Assembly: GCA_038087875.1 (NCBI GenBank)
Contig: JAXLNO010000482.1
Location: forward strand, 1 to 64,000
Reading direction: 5' to 3'
From: Malacoraja senta
Lineage: Eukaryota
Length of the DNA stretch: 64,000 nt
Shown piece after piece: positions 35,942 through 48,420 of the stretch (the stretch's first letter is position 1; each line of letters starts with the position of its first letter). The position numbers and the translations under genes were made by a program. The notes below the pieces were generated by a model. It saw nothing but the letters and a program-made list of their open reading frames with translations, was not told where the DNA came from and ran no database searches.

Positions 35942-37050
35942 TTTAGTTTAGTTTAGTTTAGAGATACAGCGCAGAAACATGCCCTTCCTCCCACCAAGTC
36001 TGCTCCGACTAGTGATCCCCATACACTTACACTATCCTATAATAAGGGGTAAGCCATTTAGAACGGAGGCGAGGAAACACTTTTTCACACAGAGAGTTGT
36101 GAGTCTGTGAGTCTGTGAGTCAGAGGGCGGTGGAGGCAGGTTCTCTGGATGCTTTCTAGAGAGAGCTAGATAGGGCTCTTAAAGATAGCAGAGTCAGGGG
36201 ATATGGGGAGAAGGCAGGGACGGGGTACTGATTGTGGATGATCAGCCATGGTCACATTGAATGGCAGTGCTGGCTCGAAGGGCTGAATGGCCTCCTCCTG
36301 CACCAATTGTCTATTGTCTATTGTCACACACTAGGGACAATTTTACCAAGCCAATTATCCTGCAAACCTGTATGTCTTTGAAATGTGGGAGGAAAACGGA
36401 GCACCCAGAGAAGAACCACGCAGGTCACAGGGAGAACGTACAAACTTCATACAGACAAGCACCCGTAGTCAGGATCGAACCCGGGTCTCTGGCGCTGTAA
36501 GGCAGCAACTCTACCTCTGCGCCATCGTGCCGCCTGTGTACGTGTGTGACAATAGACAATAGACAATAGGTGCAGGAGTAGGCCAGTCGGCCCTTCGAGC
36601 CAGCACCGCCATTCAATGTGATCATGGCTGATCATCCCCAACCAATTTATAGCTATGCCTTCTAGTCATGGACATAACCACCCTGAGAAAAGGTTTCTGA
36701 TTCTCTACCCCATCTATGTCTCTCATAATTTTTTACACCTCTATCAGGTTTTAGACAATAGGCAATAGACAATAGGTGCAGGAGTAGGCCATTCGGCCCT
36801 TCGAGTAAGCACTGCCATTGAAAGTGATCATGGCTGATCATCCATAATCAGTACCCCATTCCTGCCTTCTCCCCATATCCCCTGACTGCTACGTTTAAGA
36901 GCCCTATCTACCTCTCTCTTGAAAGTATCCAGAGAACCGGCCTCCACCACGCTCTGAGGCAGAGAATTCCACAGACTCACAACTCTCTGTGTGAAAAAGT
37001 GTCTCCTCATCTCCGTTCTAAATGGCTTACCCCTTATTGTTAATAAGAAT
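35942..37050. mobile_element. Nest: V-SINE (-) split by a CR1 3' end (+, ~36040-36325), then CR1 tails (-)
   Basis: SINE halves rejoin at ...actatcct|...cacacactagggacaa. ORF 36828..37010. Confidence 0.75.
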
Positions 37051-37484
37051 AATGGCTTCTAAATGGCTTACCCCTTATTAAGAATAAGGTGTAAGTGGTT
37101 CACTGTTCTGTACTTAAGTCGGGTCTTTATAGAAACTACAATGCAGCACTTTCTCAATGGTTCAGTCTGAAGAAGGGAGACACAGAAAATTAACTCAGCG
37201 GGTCAGGCAGCATCTCTGGAGAAAAGGAATAGGTGACCTTTCGGGTCGAGACCCTTCTTCAAACTCCTGCCCGGGACTTAAGATGGAGGCGCATGCAAGC
37301 ACCGAGAAAATACACGTGGCTGTGGTAGCGAGTCTGGGTTAAAGCGTGGTGGTAGAGTCGGAGAGCTGGAGGAATCACAGAGGGGGAGCAGCGAGAGAGG
37401 GTGTTGCAGAACTCTCATCGGAGAGAGGAGGAGAACTCCTTCGAAGTAGGCACACCTTGAGGAGATATCGTTGTGGAGCAGACA

Positions 37485-37742
37485 ACGTGTGTAGGAAGGA
37501 ACCGCAGGTGCTGGTTTACGCCGAAGACAGAAACGGAAAGCTGGATTAACTCAGCGGGCCAGGCAGCATCTCTGGAAAAAAGGACGGGGTGACGTTTCGG
37601 GTCGAGACCCTTCTTCAGAGTCAAGTAAGAAGGGTCCCGATCTGAAACGTCACCTATCCACGTTCTCCAGAGATGCTGCCTGACCTGCTGAGTTAATCCA
37701 GCACTTTGTGTCCATCTTTGGAATAAACTAGCATCTGCAGTT
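37485..37742. mobile_element. Palindromic Penelope-derived element with hammerhead-like cores on both strands
   Basis: CTGAAGAAGGGTCTCGACCCGAAACGTC on minus 37591-37618. Decayed plus-strand copy at 37625-37651. Confidence 0.65.
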
Positions 37743-38004
37743 CATTTTTATTATTGTTTATCCATTCCTACCGTCAGTTCCACTGCCTTCAGCCACTAAT
37801 TGAAAGGCTGTGTCTTTAGAAGACAGAAACAAGGAAGTGCAGATGCTGGTTTATACCCAAGTTAGACACAAAGTGCCACAGTACATCAGCAGTTCAGGAA
37901 GCATCTCTGGAGAAAAAGGATGGGTGAAGTTACTTCAAGAAGGGTCCTGTCCTGAAAAATCACCCATCCTTTTTCTCCGGAGATGAGTTTGAATTTTGAG
38001 GAGC

Positions 38005-38812
38005 AGTGAAAAGCTTTTATTGCATGCTAACCAGTCAGCGGAAAGACAATACATGATTACAATCGAACCACCCACAGTATACAGATACATGGTAAAGGGA
38101 ATAACTTGAATAACGTTTAGTGCAAGGTAAAATAAACTCCGTTCAAAGCTAGTCCAAGGGTCCCCGATGTAAGACTGCTTCCTAGTTGTTGATAGGATGA
38201 TACAGTTGCCTGGTAACACCTGAGAAGAAGCTGTCCCTGAATCTGGAGGTGTGCATTTTCACACTTCTATACCTTTTGCCCGATGGGAGAGGGAGGAAGA
38301 GGGAGCGGCCGAGTTGTGACTCGTTCTTAATTATATAGAAAGGAACTGCAGATGCTGGTTTAAACGGAAGACAGACACAAAAAGCTGGAGTAACTCAGTG
38401 GGTCAGGCAGCATCTCTGGAGAAATGACATTTCGGGTCAAGAATCTGAAGAAGGGTCTCGACCCGAAACATCGCCCATTCCTTCTCTTCAGAGATGCGGC
38501 CTGACCCACTGAGTTACTCCAGCTTGGGGGACAGTTTCTTCCCAGCTGTTATCAGGCAACTGAACCATCCTACCAACAACTAGAGAGCAGTGCTGAACTA
38601 TTATTTACCTCATTGGTGGCACTCGAACAATCCTTGATCGGACGTTACTGGCTTTACCTTGCACGAAAAGTTATGTCCTTACCATGTATCTGTGCACTGT
38701 GAATGGCCTGATTGTAATCATGTATTGTCTTTCCGCTGACAGGTTAGCACGCAACAAAAACAACTTTTCACTGTACCTGGGTACTCGAGACGATGAACTA
38801 AACTGAAACTGA
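38005..38812. mobile_element. Rex1-derived 3' tails (- then +) flanking a Penelope-derived element
   Basis: gggacag(c/t)ttctt(c)ccag...ttatcaggcaactg tail in both orientations. Hammerhead-like core at 38445-38472. Confidence 0.65.
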
Positions 38813-39420
38813 ACAATGGAGCAAGCACGGTTTCATGGCGAGTGAGCGAGGCACGGCAAAGTTCAGGAGAGAAATTCAGCTGGGTGATATGGGTTCTTAT
38901 GCACCAATATTTGTTTCCGCGTCCAGTTGCAAGTGTTCAGAGACTTGAGTTGTCGATGTGTCCTGGGCGATTTTGGGGTTTCCACCCCAGCCCGTCGAAG
39001 ACAGATGATTCCAATTTCTCACACACTCACACTTATTAGAGAATAAATCGCTTCCCACCCCCTGGGGAACGTGTGATATTCCCAGCCCGTTTCTTTAAAG
39101 GACACCCCTTTCTCCTGCCACCCAATGGGCTCGCACGGTGCTCTTGTGATTGCAAGATATTTGCAACATTTATGCGTTGTCCGCTACATTGCTGCAGGGA
39201 TTTCAAGCCTTTATTCTCGCTAATATACAACGCAGTTCTACATATGTGTAGGAAGGAACTGCAGATGCTGGCTTAAACCGAAGGTAGACACAAAATGCTG
39301 GAGTAACTCAGCGGGACAGGCAGCGTCTCTGGAGAGAAGGAATGGGTGACATTTCGGGTCGAGACCCTTCTGCAGAATAGATTCTAATCTAATATACACT
39401 TTATATCTTATTATAAATAG

Positions 39421-40330
39421 ATAGGTCAAATCGTATTCAAAATCATTTTTAAAGAAAAAAAAGCACAATAATTTGAAATAGTATTATGTTCTCAATATAC
39501 CATATAATTATACATATATAGGTCAGAATGTAAACAAGAGCATTTAAATTAACAAACAATGGTTTGCAATGTTATAATCATATTAGTATGCGACCTGGTT
39601 ACATACCGATAGTTCAAAAATGTATAATGTAAACGGCAGCATTTTTAATAATAATAGTTTGAAAAGTTATGTACATGTTAATATGTAACGTAGGTATAAA
39701 TCCATATGTCAAATTTTAAATGAAAGCATGTTTTAATAAATAAACATTTTTATGTTCCACGTCAATCTGCAACATAGTTATGGATCGATCGGTCAAAATA
39801 TAAACAAAGGATTTTTTAAAATAATAAACACTTCAGCAGTTTGCAAAGTTGTGTCCACGTTAATATGCAACATAGTTGCTACAGATCGAAGATAGACACA
39901 AAAATCTGGAGTAAAACAGCGGGACAGGAATGGGTGACGTTTCGGGTCGAGACCCTTCTTCGGACTAGTTGGGGATAAGAGAAGCGAAAGATATAGACGG
40001 TGATGTGGAGAAATAAAGAACAATGAATGAAAGATATGCAAAAAAGTAACGATGATAGATCGTAAAAGATCGATAGGTCAGAGGGTAGACGGAAGCATTT
40101 CAACAATAATTTCTCCAGCATTTTTGTCTACCTTTGATTTTCCAGCATCTGCAGTTCCTTCTGAAACTCAATAAATAAACTCAATATTTTTGAAAAGTAA
40201 TGTTCTACACTAATATACTAATAATACACTAATATGCAACACGGTTATAGGTCAAAATATAAAAGGAAACCCAAATTAAAAGAATTTAAAAATAGTTGGA
40301 AATGTTATTATTTTAGAAGTGATATTTAAC
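39421..40330. repeat. Degenerate AT-rich ~85-97 bp tandem array
   Basis: ATAGGTCA-like anchors at 39421, 39518, 39609, 39704, 39788, 40073, 40247, with recurring aatatgcaac(a)tagtt. Interrupted by Penelope-derived pieces. Confidence 0.6.
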
Positions 40331-40379
40331 ATCGCAACGCTTAAATAAACAGCGGAATAAAACAGAGGGTTTTTTTTAC

Positions 40380-41110
40380 CTTGTGTTTCTCTGTGGATGC
40401 TAGCCTGCAGTTGTGTGCAAAGATGCGACTGGGTCAGTTCGGAGTCAATGTTTTTGTATACAGATGAAAGAGAATCATTAACTTCTCGGATGTGGACCAG
40501 CGCTGGACATGCACCGGTGCACACAGAACTTGGCCGCCCCCGTTTTAGATTCAAGCGGCGAAACGGCAGGGCAGGCTTTTATTTTCAAGAAAACCGCCTC
40601 GATTGGGACACGGGCTCCTTCCTTGTTTCCCTCATAGTAGCAGAACGGAAAGAGGTTGCGTTGACTGATCCATTGCCCAGAGACTACTGGCTTCAGCAAC
40701 TTTGCTTGGAGTTTCACCGGTTGCTTTGTCAGGAGTTGTATGTGGCAAATAGTAACTGCGTTGTGAAACGGCGAGGACACGCGGCAGCTGGGAGATCCAA
40801 GTCGCTTTTTAAGTTAGAGACAGAGTGATATGTCAAGCAGTTTCTGTGCATCTGCGTCGCTCCCTTTGCAAGACAGAGTGGAAACAGAGGGCTCGGGGAG
40901 GCTGTTAGACAAGGGGAGTGTTCACTGTTAGGGGAGGGGGGGGGGAGGCTGGAGTTGTGTGTGCAATGCACTCTCCAGTCTGGGTTGGCTCAAGGGGAAG
41001 AATTGGTCGCTGCAGAAGGGGAGGGGGCGGGCAGCGTTATATTACACGCACAGACCTCCCTGTATTGTGGGTGGAGACACACACACACACACACACACAC
41101 TCACACAAAT
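40380..41110 (-). promoter_or_regulatory. Putative promoter and non-coding first exon of the MXRA5-like gene
   Basis: Repeat-free island that retains CpGs. On the minus strand it has a GC box (CCGCCC ~41025-41030), CCAAT (~41001-41005) and C-rich tracts, and ends at the donor CACAAG|GTAAAA (40380/40379). Correct orientation upstream of the coding exons. Confidence 0.5.
41077..41107. repeat. (CA)n microsatellite
   Basis: Direct observation. Confidence 0.95.
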
Positions 41111-41589
41111 GAGCTCCGTGGAGCAAAGCGGGCAACTCGCCTCGGCTTAACACTGGCTAGATAGAGTGTGTAGGACTAGGAAGGACCGAAGACACAGACT
41201 GGAGTCTATCTACCAGTGGGTCAGGCAGCACCTCTTGGAGAGAAGGAATGGGTGGAGTTTCGGGTCGAGACCATTTCTTCAGACTGAGAGTCAGGGGAGA
41301 GGGAAAGGAGAGGCGTGGAAGTGTACAAAGAGCCGGAGAGCAGGAAGAATCACAGAGGGGGAGCAACGAGAGAGGGTGTTGAAGAACTCTTGTCCGAGAG
41401 AGGGCGGGGGGGGGACTTCTTCAAAGTAGGCGTACGTACCGACCTCGCAGTGTAACGTCCCAAAGTTGCCTCCTTCTGTGCTTTTCACACCTTACATGCT
41501 CTTTTGTACCCTTCCATATCTCTCGTTCCATCTAATACTATACAAGTATACAATCAACCCATATACATGTACAACAGATTAGGGTGAAG

Positions 41590-41826
41590 CGATAGACACC
41601 AATTGCAGGAGTAACTCAGCGGGAATGGGTAACGTTTTGAGTCGAGACCCTTCTTCAGACTGAAGGCTAAAGTCTGAAGAAGGGTCTCGACCCAAAGTCT
41701 AGTCTGAAGAAGGGTCTCGACTCAAAACGTCACCCATTCCTTCTCTCCAGAGATGCTGCCTGTCCCGCTGAGTTACTCCAGCATTTTGTGTCTATCTTCG
41801 GTTTAAACCAGCATTCCTTCCTACAC
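41590..41826. mobile_element. Penelope-derived element with one minus-strand and two tandem plus-strand hammerhead-like cores
   Basis: agtctgaagaagggtctcgac repeated at 41671 and 41701. Inverted copy at ~41632-41660. Confidence 0.65.
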
Positions 41827-42011
41827 AGGGTGAAGGCATAGATGAGACAGCTGAGCTATTAAAACACTTTGGTTAGGCCACATTTGGAGGAGGTTGTGTT
41901 CATTTCTGGTCGCCCCCACTATAGGAGCGATTTGTAGGCTTTGAGGAGGGTGCAAGAAGTGGTTTTACCAAAATGCTGCCTGACTTAGAGGGTATTAGCT
42001 GAAAGGAGACG

Positions 42012-43817
42012 TTACTTACTCCTTACTAGCAAGGTAAAAAACATAAGAACAAATATTTCCCCTCCCACCCGTGACCTGGCTGTCTCATTGGTCTGCTCTT
42101 CAAAATTAGATTGTTTCCAACCCGTTACTCTACCCTCCCTTGTAAAACTGATCACCACCATGAAACCTACTACCTTCCCCCTCGACACTGTCCCCTCTGC
42201 CCTCCTAAAGGACGTCATTACAACAGCCGGTCCCAGCATCCTCGCCATCTTCAACAGCTCTCTGGCCACTGGCCACTGGCACTGTACCTACCTGCTTCAA
42301 GCATGCGGTGGTCCAGCCACTCCTGAAAAAACCTAACCTCGACCCCACCTTGCCAAGCAACTACAGACCCATTTCTAAACTGCCTTTCCTCTCAAAAGCC
42401 CTTGAAAAGGTAATTTTAAGTCAACTTATGCCTTACCTTCACCAAAACACTATCTTGGAAACTTTCCAATCAGGTTTCAGGGCTCACCATAGCACAGAGT
42501 CTGGCACAGAGTCTGCCTTGTTGAAGGTACATAATGACCTACCCCTCACCGTTGACTCTTGCGACTGTGCAATCCTGCTCCTTCTTGACCTCAGCGCAGC
42601 ATTTGATACTGTCGACCACACCATCCTAATTGACCGTCTCCGGTACGGGGTTGGTATTGATGGCACTGCCCTGAGCTGGTTCATCTCCTACCTCAAAGGT
42701 AGGAGTTTCTCGACTAACATAGGCAACTCTTTCTCCTCCCCAGCTAATCTCTGCTGTGGGGTTCCACAAGGTTCCAACCTTGGCCCCATTCTCTTCTCCC
42801 TGTATATGCTCCCCTTAGGCCAAGTCATTGAAAGGCACGGCATTTCCTTCCATTGCTACGCAGACGATACACAACTCTAAAAACCAATCAAATCTGCTTA
42901 ACCTTACCCGCTGCCTCAAGGATATATAGTGTTGGATGGCCCAGAACTTCCTCCAACTAAATGAGAGTAAGTCTGAGGTCATCCTTCTCGGCCCCTCGGA
43001 CTCAGTCAAAATGATAGCAGGCAGCCTTGGAAGCCTTACCCCACTACTCAAACCTCACGTCAAAAACCTTGGCGTGATATTTGACTCAGCACTGAAATTT
43101 GACAAACAAGTCAATGCCGTGGTAAAAGCTAGCTTCTTTCAGCTTCGGACGATAGCTAAAATAAAACAATTCCTCCACTTTGATGACCTCGAAAAGATCA
43201 TCCACACATTTATCTCCTCCCGCCTAGATTACTGCAACTCCCTTTACACTGGCATCAGCCAATCTTCCCTGTCCCGCCTGCAACTGGTCCAAAACGCCGC
43301 AGCGAGACTCCTGATGGGCACCCGAAAAAGGGACCACATCACCCCGATCCTGGGCTCTCTCCACTGGCTCCCTGTGCGGTTCCGTATACATTTCAAGATC
43401 CTCCTCTATGTCTACAAAGCCCTCAATGGGCTTGCCCCCACCTACATTAAAAGTCTTCTCACCCACCACTCCACCTCCAGGTCCCTCAGATCGGCCGACT
43501 TGGGGTTGCTGAATATCCCGCGGTCTAGGCATAAGCTCAGGGGCGACCGCGCCTTTGCGGTTGCAGTTCCTAGATTGTGGAACAGCATCCCCCTTCCCAT
43601 CAGAACTGCCCCCTCCATCGACTCCTTTAAGTCAAGACTAAAAACGTATCTATACTCCCAAGCCTTTCCTGACGTCCTCTGAGCGAGGGCTATATGTATA
43701 TATGTATGTAGTTTGTTTGTTTATACTATTCTTATAACAAATGTAAAGCACTTTGGCCAACGAGAGTTGTTTTTTAAATGTGCTATATAAATAAATGTGA
43801 CTTGACTTGACTTGACG
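42012..43817 (+). mobile_element. L2-clade LINE, 5'-truncated RT (decayed)
   Basis: ORFs 42308..42880 ([49 protein letters not shown]) and 42936..43682 (SRLDYCNSL, LHWLPV). AATAAA + (GACTT)n tail. Confidence 0.92.
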
Positions 43818-44030
43818 ACTTACAAAGAATAAGAAAATTAAGATTAAGAAAAAAATTAAAATTAAGAAAAAAATAGAAACATAGAAATATAGGTGCAGGA
43901 GTAGGCCATTTGGCCCTTCGAGCCAGCACTATCATTCAATTTGATCATGGCTGACCATCTAAAATCAGTACCCCGTTCTGACTTTTTCCCCATATCCCTT
44001 GATTCCTTTAGCCCAAAGAGCTAACTCTAA

Positions 44031-44683
44031 AGGGCATGTCCCACTTAGGTGATTTTTTAGGCAACTGTGGCGACAGTCACTGTCGTGGCGAGACGCCGGA
44101 AATGGACCCACCCTACGACAATGTCCAGAACAAGCTACGTCAACCGGCGACACAGTTCCTCGCGACTTGGGACGTCCACCTACGACCGCACCTACGACAA
44201 CCTACGACAACCTTCGACCACACAGGCGACAACATACGACAACCGAAGTCAACCTACCTCCACCCGAGACAAGCTAAGACAGGCTCCGACCCTGTCGGCG
44301 ACAAAGGAAGACAAATGAAGACCTCTCTTGACGCCGGAACAGTCGCTGGTTGACGTAGGTTGTCGCCAATGGAATTCACCGAGGTCATGACCCGGCGACA
44401 ACCAACCTCACCTGCCGTCATCCTGGCGACAACATACGACAGCACCTACGACAGGAGAAGACAGGCAACGTCAGGCAACATCAAGCCTACTGTCGCCAAG
44501 CCCATTGACGAACGTCAAGCCCACTGTCTAACATTTCAAAATCCAGCGGCGACAAGAAATAAGTAATGACACTTGAGGAGACCGCTCACAATACAGGCAT
44601 CACCCCGCGTCATGCCGCGACCATGTGGCGACAGCCTATTTTTCGGCTATCGCCGGGAAAATCGCCTAAGTGGGACAGGCCCT
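44031..44683. mobile_element. PIF/Harbinger-type MITE with internal ACGACAACCT-like repeats
   Basis: TIR AGGGC(A/C)TGTCCCACTTAGG, TSD TAA (44028-30 / 44684-86), inside a CR1 tail. Confidence 0.8.
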
Positions 44684-45477
44684 TAACTCTCTCTTGAAAA
44701 CATCCAGTGAATTGGCCTCCACTGCCTTTTACATAGAAAATAGGTGCAGGAGGAGGCCATTCGGCCCTTCGAGCCAGCACCGCCATTCATTGTGATCATG
44801 GCTGATCGTCCCCAATCAATAACCCGTGCCTGCCTTCTCCCCATATCCCTTGATTCCACCAGCCCCTAGAGCTCTATCTAACTCTCTCTTAAACCCATCC
44901 AGTGATTCCCTGCCCTCTGTGGCAGGGAATTCCACAAACTCACAACCAAGCATAGCAGGGGTAAATTATTATAATCTTTTTTTAAGGGTGGAAATGATAA
45001 CTATTCGAGGACATGGCTTTAAGGTGAGAGGGATAAACTTTAAAGGAGATGCATGATTTTTTTACAAAGAGGGTGGTGGGTGCCTGGAATGTGCTGCCGG
45101 GGATGGTGGCGGAGGCAGATACTGCAGTGGTGTTTTAGAGGCTTTTAGATAGGCACATGGATATGCCGGGAATGGACAGGTATGGATCACATTCAGGCAG
45201 AAGAGCTAAGTTAACCTTGGCACCATATTTGGCACAGAGATTGTGGGCTAAAGGGCCTGTTCCTGTACTCTACTATTCTGCATTTTATAACCATAAGCAG
45301 CTCACACCTGCAAAACATAAGGTGATCAGACACTACACTTGGCACCTTCCGACACTACAACTGCTCAACTCAATGGCAACGCAACACAACAGAGAGATTT
45401 ATCTTTTCAATCTAGATCAGGTAAAAAAATAAAAGTTATAAAATATGGGACAATTACCAGAATCATTTATTTTATTG

Positions 45478-45733
45478 ACGGAGACGAGGAAACACTTTTT
45501 CTCACAGAGAGTGGTGAGTCTGTGGAATTCTCTGCCTCAGAGGGTGGTGGAGGCAGGTTCTCTGGATGCTTTCAAGAGAGAGCTAGATAGGGCTCTTAAA
45601 AATAGCGGAGTCAGGGGATATGGGGAGAAGGCAGGAACGGGGTACTGATTGGGGATGATCAGCCATGATCACATTGAATGGCGGTGCTGGCTCAAAGGGC
45701 CAAATGGCCCACTCCTGCACCTATTGTCTATTG
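45478..45733 (+). mobile_element. CR1 LINE 3' end
   Basis: ETRKHFFSQRVVSLWNSLPQ. Confidence 0.85.
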
Positions 45734-45737
45734 AATT

Positions 45738-46091
<354 letters not shown>

Positions 46092-46364
46092 ACAAAGGAG
46101 AGAAAGAGACAGAGAAAGAGAGTGAGAATGCTTCTAAGTCTGACTCCAAGATGGAATAATTTACACAAAGTGTTGGAGCAACAGCATCTCTGGAGAAAAA
46201 GGATAGGTGACGTTTCTGACTGAAAGTGGGTGGGGGGTAAGAACTAGAGGCGGGAAAAGACCAGGACAAATCAGGGTCGGCAACAGATGACCTCAGGCAG
46301 GGTGAGTCCCTGGTTGGCCAATTGCTGACTAGGGTGGGGTGGTCTCAAGAGGGGCACATTGTCT

Positions 46365-46660
46365 TTTTTTAGAAATACAGCGCGGAAACAGGCCCTATGG
46401 CTCACCGAGTCCGCACCGACCAGCAATCCCCGCACATTAACACTACCCTATGCACACAAGGGACAATTTACACATATCAAGCCAATTAACCTACAATTCT
46501 GTACTTCTTCAGAGGGTGGGAGGAAACCGGAGATCCTGGGGAAAACCCACGCAGGTCACAGGTAGAACGTACAAACTCCGTACAGACAGCACCGGGTAGT
46601 TGGGATCGCACCCAGGTCTCTGGCGTTGTAAGGCAACTCTACCGCTGCACCACCGTGCTG
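46365..46660 (-). mobile_element. V-SINE inserted in a Penelope-derived element
   Basis: V-domain and tRNA-like head. Confidence 0.75.
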
Positions 46661-46857
46661 CACTCTCGCCTTTGTCCCACCATCTCCCATTCTAAGCCCC
46701 CCTCACCTGTATCCATCTATCAATTGCCAGACATTGTCCTGCTCTCATCACTCTTCTCTCTTTCTTCATCCCTACAACGATCAGTCTGAAGATGGGTGAC
46801 GACTCTAAATGTTAGCCATGCATATTCTCCAGGAACGGTACCTGACCCGCTGAGTAA

Positions 46858-47222
46858 AGGGCCTGTCCCACTTACGCGACCTTTGCAGGCGACTGCCGGC
46901 ACCCGTGATAGGTCGCCGAAATTTTCAACATGTTGAAAATTCAGCGGTGACCAGAAAGACGCTACGACTATTTGGAGACCTCTCACGACCATAGGAGACC
47001 TCTCACGACCATACAGGCTGTATCGTCGTGAGAGGTCTCCTATGGCCTTGGGAGGTCACCCGCGACATGTCGCCAGGGATCGCCTGTATGGTCGTGAGAG
47101 GTCTCCAAAGAGTCGTAGAGTCTTTCTGGTCGCCGCTGAATTTTCAACATGTTGAACATTTCGGTGACCTGTCACGGGTGCCAGCAGTTGCCTGTAAAGG
47201 TCGCGTAAGTGGGACAGGCCCT
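46858..47222. mobile_element. PIF/Harbinger-type palindromic MITE
   Basis: TIR AGGGCCTGTCCCACTTACGCGACCTTT extending as ~135-bp arms. Flanks TAA/TTA. Host gctgag(tta)ctccagc rejoins. Confidence 0.8.
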
Positions 47223-47277
47223 TTACTCCAGCACCTTGTGCCGTCTATTTTGAAGTTATTTGAACTTTTTTGAAGCT

Positions 47278-48420
47278 CAAGAGTCAAGAGTGTTTTATTG
47301 TCATATGTCCCAGATAGAACAATGAAATTCTTACTTGCTGCAGCGGAACAGAATATGCAAACATAGTGGGGGGCGGGGGGAATCAGGAAACGCATCCCCA
47401 GCATATCAGAGCTTCAGAGAACGATTTTCGCAATTCAGACAGTCTTAAAATGGAGATTTCAAAGAGTAGGTCTATTCGTGGCCACCATGCAAAGAGTTGC
47501 CATGCTCTAGTCCAACCTGGGTGGAAGGAATCCAGAATATGTGATGGAGGACCATGCGGCAATGGGGAGAAGATGCTAACTCCACACAAGTCAGGACGCT
47601 TTCGTTTAATTTAGTTTAGCGATACAGTGCGGGAACAGGCCCTTCGGCCCACCCATAAGATCATAAGTGAGAGGAGTAGAATTAGCCCATTCGACCCATC
47701 GAGTTTACTCCGCCATTGTATCATGGCTGATCTATCTTTCTCTCCTAACCCCATTATCCCGCCTTCAGTGTGGCGGCGCCCTGTGGCAGCGGCTCAACTG
47801 CAGTCCGTCTGTCTTTTCTTTCTTTTTGTCCTGTTAGGTGAATGTTTTTGGTTTAAGTTTTACTTTATTTTTAGATGTGTATATGTGGGGGGGTGGGGGA
47901 AACTTTTTAATCTCTTCCCTGAACGGGGACGCGATCTTTTCCCTGTCGAGTCTCAGTTGTCGTTGGGGCCTAACATCGTGGAGGCGGCGGCCTCCAACCG
48001 ATATAAATGAGGAAAAGAAAGTTCAGTGTGTGTATATATATATACACATACATACTCACAAATACACATCTACAGTATACAGATCATATATATATATATA
48101 TACACACACCTAAAAAACAAACAAACAATAATAGTGCAATCATAACAATAATAGGCCATGTAGTTCAGAGCTTATTTGGAGGTTGTCGTGCTTAATAGCC
48201 TGATGGCTGTAGGGAAGAAGCTGTTCCTGCACCTGGACGTTACAGTTTTCAGGCTCCTGTACCTTCTTCCCGATGGCAGGAGTGAAATGAGTGTGTGGTC
48301 AGGGTGGAGTGGGTCTCCGATGATGCTGGCTGCCCTATTGAGGCAGCGACTCCTGTAGATCCCTTCGATGGTGGGGAGGTCAGAGCCAGTGATGGGACTG
48401 GGCAGTGTTCACAACTTTTT
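47278..48420 (-). mobile_element. Rex1/Babar-type LINE 3' fragment interrupted by a duplicated segment
   Basis: (CTCTTGA)n tail at 47278. Coding remnant 48176-48420. Confidence 0.75.
47381..48000 (+). repeat. Local duplication of 55038-55651
   Basis: Near-identical sequence including unique DNA and several repeat-repeat junctions. Confidence 0.9.

Noticed and set aside
40397..40828. 143-aa plus-strand ORF in the unique island
   Set aside because: No recognisable domain or splice context. Antisense to the likely 5' UTR exon and expected by chance.
44120..44500. Short regularly recurring ACGACAACCT motifs, superficially CRISPR-like
   Set aside because: Irregular internal repeats of a MITE in a eukaryotic genome. 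No constant repeat/spacer structure and no cas genes.
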